The notes beneath the pieces are model-generated. The model ran no database searches. It was not told where the DNA came from and saw only the letters and a list, made by a program, of their open reading frames with translations. A program made the translations under genes and the position numbers. A stretch of 64,000 nt of DNA from Octopus vulgaris (Eukaryota), in the NCBI GenBank assembly GCA_951406725.2, contig OX597831.1:26412001-26476000 (forward strand), written 5' to 3'. Below, one piece after another: positions 37,201 to 48,912 of the stretch (position 1 is its first letter; every line of letters begins with the position of its first letter).

Positions 37201-38084
37201 ACCGAAGAAAGTTAATCCACAGCATTGGCAGAACTACTCAACAGTCACTCTCATTAGCTTTCACAAGATTATACAGGAGGTTCTCTTAAAAAAACAAAAT
37301 GTCACAAAACGGTAAAAAAAGAAATCCATTGTTGTTTACTGATGAGAAGTTCCTTAACTGAGGATTTCTATGTGGAGAAAAAACAACAAAAAAAAGAAAA
37401 CAATTAGAGCACCAAAACATCTTCATTGATTTCAGAAAGACATTATTTCAAAATGTAGCTGTTGGCTTTTGCAAATATAATAAGGAACTGAAAGTTAAAA
37501 CCTACCACAGGGACATCTAGATTGAACAAACTTAAATATTGGTTTCAAATTTTGGCACAAGGCTAGGATGTTTAGGGGAAGTGGTAAGCCAATAGCAACA
37601 ACCCCAGTGCTCAAATGGTACTTATTTTATTGACCCCGGAAGGATGAAAGGCAAAGGTGACCTCAGTGGAATTTGAACTCAAAATGTAAAGATGGACGAA
37701 ATGCTGCTAAGCATTTTCTCAGTTCTTAGTTCCCTTAATGTAGTTCTCAAGGAAATTCAGTGTGGCACAGAATGTGACCAGGCTGGCCCTTTGAATTACT
37801 GGGACAACTCATTCTTGCCAACTAAGTGGACTGGAACAAGAAAATTAAAGTGTCTTGCTTAATGGCACAATGTGCCATCAGGAATCGAGCTCAAGACCTT
37901 ACAATCATAAGCCGATTACCCTAACCACTAAGCCACACACACACGTATATATATTCCTGTATATATACCAGCTCTTGTTATAGTGACTTCTAGTTGGACA
38001 TGATTTGGACATATGGCAAACCCACACGAGGAATCATTGATGTAAGAGAAAATAATTCATAACATAGAGTTTAATGATACTGGT

Positions 38085-38672
38085 TGTGGTAGTAGTGGCG
38101 GCTTTGGTGGTGGTGGTGGTGGTGGTGGTAGCAGTGGCGGTTTTGGTAGTGGTGGCGGCTTTGATGGTGGTGGGGGTGGCAGCTTCGGTGGTGGTGGTGG
38201 TGGTGGTAGTAGTGGTGGTGATGGTTGTGGTGGTGATGGTTGTGGTGGTGATGGTTGTGGTGGTGGTCGTGATGATGGGAGTAAGTGGTGGGAGTGATGA
38301 CGAAGGTAATGATGAAGGTGGTGATGGAGGTAGTGGTGGGGGTGGCAGCTTCGGTGGTGGTAGTGGTGGTGATGGTTGTGGTGGTGGTCATGAAGATGGG
38401 AGTAAGTGGTGGGAGTGATGACGAAGGTAATGATGAAGGTGGTGATGGAGGTAGTGGTGGGGGTGGCAGCTTCGGTGGTGGTTGTGGTGGTGGTCATGAT
38501 GATGGGAGTAAGTGGTGGGAGTGATGATGAAGGTAATGATGAAGGTGGTGATGGAGGTAGAGGCAGTAGGGATGGTGGTGGTAGAAGTAGAGGTGGTGAT
38601 AGTGATGGTGGTGGTCATCGTCATCGTCACCATCACCCTCGTCATGACAGTGATGATAAAGATGGTGGTGGC
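38085..38672. repeat. (GGT/GAT)n low-complexity tract with a higher-order ~110-120 bp repeat (three units)
   Basis: gatgggagtaagtggtgggagtgatgacgaagg recurs at ~38274, ~38395, ~38501. Confidence 0.9.
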
Positions 38673-39027
38673 AGCATTACCAAAGTAAGTTCATCTCCCA
38701 TGCTATCAGAACGACTCAATTGTTACTTTCATTAGTAAACAGAATAACAACATAATTACTGTTTTTAAGAATTGATTTTCCAAAATCTGAGATTTCTGCT
38801 AAGATGCCATGACACAAGTTACCAAAGATGCCTTAAGTGATCAATCAACACAATCACCTAGCACTAATTAACTACAACAAGCACAAGTGACAATATACAA
38901 TATATAGGTGCAAGCATGGCTTTGAGGTGTTGAAGTCTGCCTTGTAACCAGATGATTTCTGGTTCAATTCCATTGTGCAGCACCTTGGGCATGTAGCAAG
39001 TGTCTAGCACAATAGCCCTGGGGCCTT

Positions 39028-39100
<73 letters not shown>

Positions 39101-39102
<2 letters not shown>

Positions 39103-39301
39103 TCTTTTATTCATTTTTACTTTTACTCGTTTCAGTCATTTGACTGCGGCCATGCTGGAGCACTGCCTTTAGTCAAGCAAATCAACCCAAGGACTTATTC
39201 TTTGTAAGCCTAGTACTTATTCTATCGGTCTCTTTTGGCGAACTGCTAAGTTACGGGGAACGTAAACACACCAGCATCGGTTGACAAACACAGACACACA
39301 A

Positions 39302-39350
<49 letters not shown>

Positions 39351-39421
39351 TATATATGACGGGCTTCTTTCAGTTTCTGTCTACCAAATCCACTCACAAG
39401 GCTTTGGTCGACCCGAGGCTT
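39101..39421 (-). mobile_element. 5'-truncated SINE family A in a (TA)n tract
   Basis: Reverse complement of family A body and tail. Confidence 0.88.
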
Positions 39422-40432
39422 ATATATATATATATAATTTCAAAACATAGATAGTTGCCTCAAAGGAAACTTCACACCACCCTGGATTCAAGAGTGCGTT
39501 TAGTAAGGAAGATACAATATAAATGTCCGAATCTGCTATCGCAATGTAAAAATAAAAAAAAACAAGAAATAAAAGATATAAGTTAGTGAAGCATAAATAT
39601 TGGCAAATGCTATTATTGTTATAAATCCCAGTTTGATGATATACTCATTTCAAAATAAACATAACTTTGCTCATAAAAACAACTCTGTGGGTTTATTTCA
39701 AAGTATAAACAGTCAACTTATTAGAGAATAATGTCCCCATTCAGTTTTATGGGCTTCAAAAATTATTCTGCATATGTTTCAGATTCATCTATTATATCTG
39801 TATTATATTGCACATCCACACACATTAACACACACATTCAGATACAGGATTCATGTAGCACAACAGAAATAATGAGAGCTCCAGAAGTATTCTATACCCA
39901 TTCAACCAACCATTTTATCTAATAAACGTTTGTTATAACATTCGAAAGTCTTCTCTGTGTCATTTTTATATTCTATTTTTCATAACACTAGGCAACAAGT
40001 TTTTCCTTCTATTTTTTTTTTTTTTTGTTACAAATATTGGAACTACCATTTCCTGCCAAATCAGTGGTGCTGAATTCAGATCAGATAACGAAATATCCCT
40101 ATCACGTTCAGATTTAATATATAACCAAAGACTTCCACCCTGCAATTTTTTTTTCCTTCCAGGTTTTTTATTGCACCGGCAGACTATATTCCTTCTCGGT
40201 ACCATGCTTTATGTTAGTCATAATGTTAAACAGGTTGTTCTTCTTCCATTTTTCTGGCTTCAAACAAAGACAGGAGTTTCACAATGGGGGTAAGGGCCCT
40301 ACACAAGAAAATCATAATCATCTAGTTATTACTACTGAATGTCACTTCTAATTGTTAAGTGAAATTTATATTATTCATGGGATCAAGAGCTCCCTTTCTG
40401 TAGGAACCAACAAAAATAGCCCCTCATATTTT

Positions 40433-40636
40433 TATTTCTTTATTGCCCACAAGGGGCTAAACATAGATGGGACAAACAAGGACAGACAAAGGGATTAAGT
40501 TGATTACATTGACCCCAGTACGTAACTGGTACTTAATTTATTGACCCCGAAAGGATGAAAAGCAAAGTCAACCTCGGCGGAATTTGAACTCAGAACGTAA
40601 CAGCAGACGAAATACCACAATAGCCCTGGGGCCTTA

Positions 40637-40669
<33 letters not shown>

Positions 40670-40737
40670 CAAAACGTGGAGAGTTGCCTCAAATACCACT
40701 AAGCATTTCACCTGGCATGCTAATGATTCTGCCAGCT
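40433..40737 (-). mobile_element. SINE family B interrupted by a 72-bp locally copied insert
   Basis: Family B sequence resumes after the duplicated aaataccac at 40691. Confidence 0.88.
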
Positions 40738-40749
40738 CTCTAAATACAA

Positions 40750-41600
40750 TAAAACCTTGATGATCCATACTCTTCATAGGGGCCAAATATAATCTGAAGT
40801 AATGGTAGATATATTTCCAGATAATCCAGTGTTTGGTTTTTATATATCATATTTACCAACAATTTGTGCAGTTCCAGATGACCAATTAATGTTTTTGTAT
40901 TAATTTTTATCATCCCAGTTACTCCATAGACACAAACAGTATAAATGATTAGGGTAGCCCAGATATATACCGAGTAGCAATGATATAATTTCAAAGGCTG
41001 TTACAAATATATTGTGTGGTCCTTGTATTTTATGAAGCTTGTCAGGAATTGCATGGGATTGCAAGTTTCATTAGTTGAAGTCAAGGGTCACCAATTGTAG
41101 CAGGCTGGAGGAAAGATGTGATATCAGGTCGATATGATGTAGCCCATTACTAATTATAGAGTGTAGATGTAACGCTTGAAGGTTCTCATGTTGGAGTACC
41201 AATAAACATCGAAGAATCAACACCAAGAAGGAAGAAATATTATTTGCATATGTTTATTCGTTTGCCCGACAGGTAGTTAAAGAGACAGCAGCAGTTCTAG
41301 TGACAGTGACAACAAGGTTGGCTTGCTGGTTAGTAGTTAATAGTGTAGATAAAGGTTGTCTGTCAGTAGAGAGTGAAAGAGTAAGGAATGCATGGAGCTG
41401 ACTAGAAAGAAAGAAAGGACAAAAGTGGCATCACCTTCCTTGCGACCGAAAGACTCTCTTCACATGTCGAGCAAAGGGCAAAATGAAGTGCTGCTCTTTG
41501 TTAAGGCTGATGCAAAAGCAGGTGCTGCTCCTTGGGTTAGCTGATATAAAAGAGCATGTTGCTTGTTGGTCTGGCTGACACAAAAGAAAGGGTGTTGCTC
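40750..41600 (-). mobile_element. Possible ancient, heavily decayed LINE
   Basis: Only weak echoes of RT-region motifs (LLGVD, Y..IW); strand purine skew. Confidence 0.25.
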
Positions 41601-42225
41601 CTTGGTCATAGCTGACACATAAGAGAGAGATAGGAAATTCTCTCTGTTATATAGACTATGGTCAGTAATGTAGGCCAAACCCTAAACAAAGGACTGACCT
41701 TTCCTTCACCAGTGCAGGTCCTAGGGAGTCGAGAATTTCCTCACCAATCATCTAGTGTAAAAAAGATTTCCCACTTTTTTTGACAAGGAACAAGCAGGTG
41801 AATTTGGTTTCAAATCTCAGACAAAGTTAAGCAAGATCCCTACATATAAAGAACAGAGAAAATATGGAGTATTGACCAGTTGGTCTGTTAGTCTTCTTCT
41901 CTACAACCAAGATACTACTTCACACAAATGTCACACATGGTGCTCTTACTTGGATTTTTTGGGGTAATTTACTCAGACATCTATTTGATGCCTAACTTAA
42001 TTACTATATAAGAAAAGGTAATTACAATATGGCACGATATATTTGCCATTTTACCTGAAATGAAAGACTGTATACTGATAATAATGCATACACAAAATAA
42101 CCATAATGATGATATATACACACATGTATACACATATAGCCCAGCTCTCCTGTGTGACCCCTCTGTCCAGCATTTGCCATAATAGATCATTAGCCACTAA
42201 ACTTTTTTCTATTTTCTTTCCCTGT

Positions 42226-42262
42226 TTATTCTGTCGAAGAGCATAGGCTCGAAACATAAAAC
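42226..42262 (+). ncRNA. Degenerate minimal hammerhead-like motif
   Basis: CTGTCGA-a-gagc-atag-gctc-GAAA-ca-TA; core non-canonical; just upstream of a (TA)n tract. Confidence 0.4.
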
Positions 42263-42280
42263 ATAAAATTTTGTAAATTC

Positions 42281-42284
<4 letters not shown>

Positions 42285-42318
<34 letters not shown>

Positions 42319-42965
42319 TGCACATATATATATATATATATGTACACATATATACACATAAATATACACATACATATATACGCATATATATATACATATA
42401 CACACATCGATATATGCATATATATATATACATATATATAAACATATTTATGTAAACATACATGTGTACACACATATATATATATATTCACACATATATA
42501 TACATATACATAAATATATATACATACTTATACATGCACATGCATAAATATATATACATACACACATACACATGTGCATATTTATATACATTTATAAACA
42601 CATAGACATACATATAAATATATGTACACACATACACATATGTACTTTCATATGTACACACACACACACATACGCCCACACACACAAACGAAATAAATGC
42701 AAGACATCTCCTACCCAAATACGTGCTGGTTCCAACCATGGTGATCCATCCAACCCTTCACTTTGGGAAACGAATATAAGATGATATTAAATGCATGTAC
42801 ATGTGTGAATATATATATATATATATATACACACTCACACACATATTTACATATCTATATTTACTGAAATACACACATGCATAAACATAGATATACACAC
42901 ACACACACATGTATATACATGCACACGCCCCCACACATGCACACACACACACACACACTCACACA
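42285..42965. repeat. (TA)n/(CA)n low-complexity block
   Basis: Visible directly. Confidence 0.93.
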
Positions 42966-43505
42966 TCAATACAACCTACTTTCAAAACAGCAAGCATATA
43001 ATATTTCTCACTATATCTTAAGTGATTTATGACTAATTGTGTGTACATTTATGTGTAAATGGATGTGTAAACACATGTGTCTCTCTATCTGTATATGTAT
43101 ATGCATATGTGTATGTGTGTGTGCGTAACAATAAAGATTACTGTTGAGAAAATCTAATACAGCATACTTCATGGCTGTTGGTCTTCCCAAGAGAATCTAT
43201 CAACGTTTTATCACTCTCTTAGTTCAGATCACAGAAAAACGATTAATGCTTCCTTCCTTTAACCGAGGAAAATACTTTCAGGTTATAAATAACATTTCTA
43301 AGTGATTGCCTTTTAGTTTTCCTTCCTGCATCTTGAATATATTTTTATTTTGTGAATTAGCATGCATCACTCATAAAAACTGTAAAAACCTTAATTTTGT
43401 GATGTATGCATTTAAACTTAGTTGCCAACTCAGCCTTACAGCAGTGCGGGGGCAAGAGAGGGCGGGGAGAGAGAGAGAGAGAGGTGAAAGTGAGTTCTAT
43501 GTATT

Positions 43506-44092
43506 TATTTCTTTATTGCCCACAGAGGGCTAAACATAGAGGGGACAAACAAGGACAAAGGGATTAAGTCAATTACATCGACCCCAGTGTGTAACTGGTA
43601 CTTATTTAATCGACCCCGAAAGAATGAAAGGCAGGGTCGACTTCGGTGGAATTTGAACTCAGAACCTAACGGCAGATGAAATACCTATTTCTTTACTATC
43701 CACAAGGGGCTAAACACAGAGAGGACAAACAAGGACAGACAAATGGATTAAGTCGATTATATCGACCCCAGTGTGTAACTGGTACTTATTTAATCGACCC
43801 CGAAAGGATGAAAGGCAGGGTCGACTTCAGTGGAATTTGATCTCAGGATGAAATATCTATTTCTTTACTACCCACAAGGGGCTAAACACAGAAGGGACAA
43901 ACAAGGACAGACAAATGGATTAAGTCGATTATATCGACCCCAGTGCGTAACTGTTACTTATTTCATTGACTCCGAAAGGATGAAAGGCAGAGTCGACTTC
44001 GGTGGAATTTGAACTCAGAACATAACGGCAGGTGAAATACCGCTAAGCATTTTAGCCTGGCGTGCTAACAATTCTGCCAGATCACCGCCCTC
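43506..44092 (-). mobile_element. Family B SINE trimer (one full plus two 5'-truncated tandem units)
   Basis: tatttcttta...cccacaaggggctaaac at 43506, 43686, 43858; flanks gagttctatgtatt / gagtgctatgtatt. Confidence 0.88.
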
Positions 44093-44707
44093 AAGAGAGT
44101 GCTATGTATTAACAGAATTTAATACTAAATCAAGTAATTCGTTTGGAGCCAAATTATGCTGGAATGTCAAATAAGTCTGAAGGGGTCCTGTTTTCGAATA
44201 CCATAGCAATGTCTTAATTCAGAGATAGCAATAGGAATATTAGTGTTAGCAGATTCAATTGCTTTTTGTTTTTGTTTTTTGTTTTTGTTTTTTTTGTTAC
44301 AATATTTCTATTGCAAAACACTGCTTTTGTTTCAATTAATTATAAAAATAATGATGTTACGAATAAAATAATTATATCATCAAATAAATTAACATGAACG
44401 TTAGATGGAAGGTTACAAGTTAGCTAAGCTTTAAAGCAGATATTTTGTATCATACAATTCATAGCAATCTCAAATGGGTTGGCATCGAAAGAATACACAG
44501 AGCCTAAAATTACAAACTAGGAACACATGTTGAGGGGAAACCAATATTGGTCAATGACTAATTTAGCATGTCTGGAATTGCCAGACATATCAAATTTTTT
44601 ATTCTAACCACATCATCTTTTAGCTTTTACTTGTTTCAGTCATTAGACTGTGGCCATACTGGGGCACTGTCGTGAAGAATTTTGGTTGAATGAATCAACA
44701 TCAGTAC

Positions 44708-44755
<48 letters not shown>

Positions 44756-44889
44756 TTATGTGTATACCTTTTTGTAAAGGCTGGTACTCATTCTATCAGC
44801 CTCTCTTTTGCTGGATCTGCTAAGTTTGGCAGTGTAACACACCAATACCAGCTGTAAAGCAGTGCTGGTGAAGAAACATAGACATAAAG

Positions 44890-44960
<71 letters not shown>

Positions 44961-44964
<4 letters not shown>

Positions 44965-45004
44965 AGGCATAAGAGAAGATATTCTCATGAATTTGCCTGG
45001 TGTT

Positions 45005-45036
<32 letters not shown>

Positions 45037-45098
45037 CTATATATATATACAGTGTTTTAGCACCAGGCAAATTCATGAGAATATCTTCTCTTATGCCT

Positions 45099-45145
<47 letters not shown>

Positions 45146-45196
45146 GGTGTTTTAACACCAGGCAAATTCATGAGAATATCTTCTCTTATGCCTACA
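44961..45196. repeat. ~50-bp unit in three copies (one inverted, two direct) separated by (TA)n
   Basis: caccaggcaaattcatgagaatatcttctcttatgcctaca at 45061 and 45156; reverse complement at 44962-45002. Confidence 0.92.
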
Positions 45197-45294
45197 TTTG
45201 CAGCCTGTCCACAAACTGACAAACACACATATCCTGTATATGTGTGTTTGATGTTGTTTCTGTCACTCAGGCTGCTTCACATTCATATTCGAAC

Positions 45295-45369
<75 letters not shown>

Positions 45370-45832
45370 ATATATATATAAGAGACCAAAGTGTACGTAC
45401 ACCACTATATTTTATATATAAGAAATACAAAAATGAGACAAGAATGCAAAACATTCAGACAGCTAGGTGAAACAAAAAAAAGAAAACAAAATATCCAGAT
45501 AGACGATACAAGGAAAACAAGGATGGATCATTCCGAGTTATCTATCCTTAGTTGAGTTCCATATCATCTTTGCAATTTCGGCTGGTTATACTCAAGATTG
45601 GTCCAATCTGGCCAGCCCCAAGGAAAAATAAGCTAAGCGCATTACATTCCTTGGAAGAAAGCAGCGAATGTATACAAAACAAGGACGGAAAAAATCCCAG
45701 AAATGTTACACAAATATAAATAACAGGACATAACAACAGGTGTCTTTCAACTAAGGACGAATTAAATGTGTATGGAAGTAAAGCCTTACGGCAGGGACAT
45801 AAGAATTAACAAGCACAGGAAGGAATATAGAT

Positions 45833-45876
<44 letters not shown>

Positions 45877-46266
45877 CAATTTCATTTGGAATGGTTGATC
45901 CTCTCAATTTCGATACCATATGACAAAGGCAAGAAATTCTGTCTTCTCTGCAATTCTGAGCTATTTTTCATTATTTTTTCTAAAAATACTCTAGTAAACA
46001 CGGTTATAGAACGAGCATACAGATGTAACCATTGGCAAAAACATACTTTTAGTGCATATAAGTAGTCTCTATCATTATATATAGTTTAGACTTTAATTTC
46101 CTTTATATTTAACATTCACTATTAATATCCCTACTCTTTCTGTTAGCTACTTATGACGTTATATCATATAACGTTTTTTTAAACAATATTAATAGCGTTC
46201 TGTCTATCGCTATACGAATCCATCATTTTTTGCTAAAATGTCGTATTGACAAGTTTCGTTTTTTCA

Positions 46267-46351
46267 CTTTCCCGAAGAGAAGATTGCATTGTTTATACCT
46301 TTTATTCTTTTGAATAAGTATCAGTGGAATTTTTGAAACATACGTAGAAAG
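46267..46351 (+). ncRNA. Type-I hammerhead-like motif with extended stem II
   Basis: ctttc-CCGAAGA-gaagattgcattg...cagtggaattttt-GAAAC-atac-GTA-gaaag; stem I ctttc/gaaag. Confidence 0.6.
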
Positions 46352-46393
46352 AAAAAATACTTGTTTAAACCTGCGTTAACTCCATTTTTTATT

Positions 46394-46451
<58 letters not shown>

Positions 46452-46524
46452 TACATTATTTATATTATGGAGAGGTACTTGTATAACAAGTGACCTGATC
46501 TGAGATTGTGTGCTGAAACAAAAG

Positions 46525-46790
46525 CAATTGCAGCATGGAAGGTGTTTATAAGCCATTTAAAAACACACAAAAACCATTAGATTCACTTCAGCATTTAAAT
46601 TCAATTAGTGTCAAAATGTTTTTATCGCTTTGAGACCATGACCTGTTCACTGACAATATTTTGTCAATGAACAGGTCGCGGTCTCAAAGCGACGAAAATA
46701 TTTTGACAAATTAAATTTAAATGTTGAAGTGAATCTAACAGTTTTTGTGTGTTTTTAAATGGCTTATAAACACCATCTACGCTGCAATTG
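46525..46790. repeat. Fold-back palindrome (~130-bp arms, 4-nt loop) between (TA)n tracts
   Basis: Arms are reverse complements around tgacaa-tatt-ttgtca. Confidence 0.92.
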
Positions 46791-47884
46791 TTTATATTAT
46801 TATATATATATATATGTATATAAACACACACACACAATGGATTTCTTTTGGTTTCTGTCTACCAAGTCCAGTCACAAGGCTTCTTTGGTTGGCTATCATG
46901 AAAGACACTTGTCCAAGATGTCACACAGTAGGACTAGGCTCTAAACCATGTGGTTGAGATACAAACTTCTCACCACACAGCCATGCAGGAAAAGTCTTTC
47001 TGAATTATTTACTTTCTAAACAATTCTCTTCTTGCTATGTCAACAAACGGAAAATCTTCCTTAGTATTTCATTTATCATTACTACTGAGGGAAGTTTATA
47101 CCCAGACACGCACTACTGCAAATTCCATAAATAGTTTCAGTATACTCATCATTATAAATAGGCACGGGTGTGGTTGTGTGGTAAGATGCTTACTTCCTCA
47201 CCACATGGTTCCAGGTTCAGTCCCACTATGTGGCACCTTGGGGAGGTGTCTTCCTGTCTGTAACATAAGTTAGGTGCAAAGTAAGCAGATGACTCATAGA
47301 CAATAGTGACAATACCACCACTCATAAATGAGTAACTTTCATAGCATAGAAACAAACAAAAACACACACACATGCACAATGGGTTTTTTATTAAATCAAA
47401 TTTAAACAGAATTTAACCAAATTAGTCATTGACCAATATTTAACCCCGAAACCAGTCCACGGGTGTTGTTTTGTGCTGGATGGGTGTGCTGAACTCACTG
47501 TTCGAAAATATAAGGACACAGATATTGTGTCGTATAGCTAACTGGAAATGATGCTTCCTGGGGCTAAACAACAATAACATCATCCCTTCCAGGACAGCCA
47601 CATCATGTTGGCAAATAGCCTTTACTTTACATTTAAACAGTTTTTCAGAGTTGTCTTGGGTGGGTCATTACACCAGTAATAACAAACACATGCACTGGTT
47701 CAGCATCACTTCTTTATTCTTAGTCAATTGGTTAAATATCTAACCAACTAATTAATCATTTGTTTTAATTTGTTGGTTAACAACCGGTTGTTTGTTTGTC
47801 ATAGTCCTTTCGTCACTGGGATTGATGTATTCAGCTTACCCCATCACCTGAACTCGCAGGACTTGTAAGCAACCACATATCTAC

Positions 47885-48190
47885 ATTTTATTTATTTATG
47901 CACCCTTTTCAAGCCTAACCAGGCTCATGGGCCTGGTTTCCCGGTTACTATGGTGTATGTGTTCCCCCCAGCATTCCCCATCACAGTATTACTCAAGAAA
48001 CAGGAAGAAAGAGTGAGTGAAAGTTAAGGCAAAAGAGTACAACAAGGGTTGCCACCACCCCCTGCTGGAGCCTCGTGGAGCTTTAGGTGTTTTCGCTCAA
48101 TAAACACACACAACGCTTGGTCTGGGAATCGAAACCGCGATCCTCCGACCACAAGTCCACTGCCCTAACCACTGGGCCATTGCACCTCCA
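47885..48190 (-). mobile_element. tRNA-derived SINE with a tail distinct from family D
   Basis: Minus strand tggcccagtggttagggc (A box)...ggtttcgattccc (B box), ttgagcgaaaacac core. Confidence 0.8.
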
Positions 48191-48602
48191 CATATCTAAA
48201 GACATACATATAACCATACACACACACACACACACAAAGCATAAAGCTAATTCTGAGACACACACAAGGCAGACCTTGAAGAGAGAGGGTATGTCATTGA
48301 TGAGGTCGCAAATAGCTATGAAAGGACTTTGACAAATAAGCAAACGACAGATTGATTGTTTAACGAAAACATTAAACAATGAATTAGTTAGTTGGTTAGA
48401 TATCTAAAAGATAACTAAAAACAAAAGGAAATGATATTGAACCAGTGCATGTGTTTATTGTTATTGGTGTAATGATCCTACCAAAACACAACAAGATTTG
48501 TTTCAACACATGATTTCACATCAAGAATCCTGCAAACCAAATACAAAACTGAAGTTTTCTTTCTTTTTTTTTTTAGATTTCCATACAAAGTTAGTTCACC
48601 AT

Positions 48603-48912
48603 GGGAATATGGTATAGTGGTTAAGAGCGCAGGCTACTAATCCCAAGATTCCAAATTCGATTCCAAGCAGTGACCTGAACACTAACAATAATAATAGTAA
48701 TAATAATAATAATAATATTAATAATAACAATAATAATAACATCGGAAAATACCTTAGGAATGAGAACCTAGGTTCGAAATTTCCCCAAGACACCTGATGA
48801 AGGCTGAAGGGTATATCAGCCAAAACGTTGTGTTAACAACAAACAAGATGAGGACAAACATCCGTCGAATGTAAATAATGTACATAATTCCTCATCTCTT
48901 AAATATAGAACA
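48603..48912 (+). mobile_element. tRNA-derived head plus (AAT)n plus hammerhead-bearing body
   Basis: tggtatagtggttaagagc (A box), attcgattcc (B box), then acac-CTGATGA-a-ggctg..cagcc-AAAA-cg-TT-gtgt at 48790-48833; body matches 12014-12301. Confidence 0.75.

Noticed and set aside
36932-37315. Poly-His/Ser/Asp ORFs
   Set aside because: Trinucleotide microsatellite.
38057-38735. Proline-, histidine- and glycine-rich ORFs
   Set aside because: They translate from (GGT/GAT)n low-complexity DNA, open in most frames, with no splice or domain support.
40740-40994. 84-aa ORF as a host exon
   Set aside because: No splice support or recognisable domain; more likely decayed LINE or chance.
42051-42958. 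YI/CV-repeat ORFs here and at 7.5, 18.1, 45, 49.7, 55 and 63.7 kb
   Set aside because: Artefacts of (TA)n/(CA)n tracts.
45560-45630. Hammerhead-like ggctgg..ccagcc-GAAA on the minus strand
   Set aside because: No CUGANGA box or NUH site in this copy; at most a decayed relative in a TA-flanked element.
48603-48675. Functional tRNA gene
   Set aside because: Acceptor and T stems do not pair properly and the B box is mutated; it is a SINE-type head. The same applies to the heads at 17702 and 48190.
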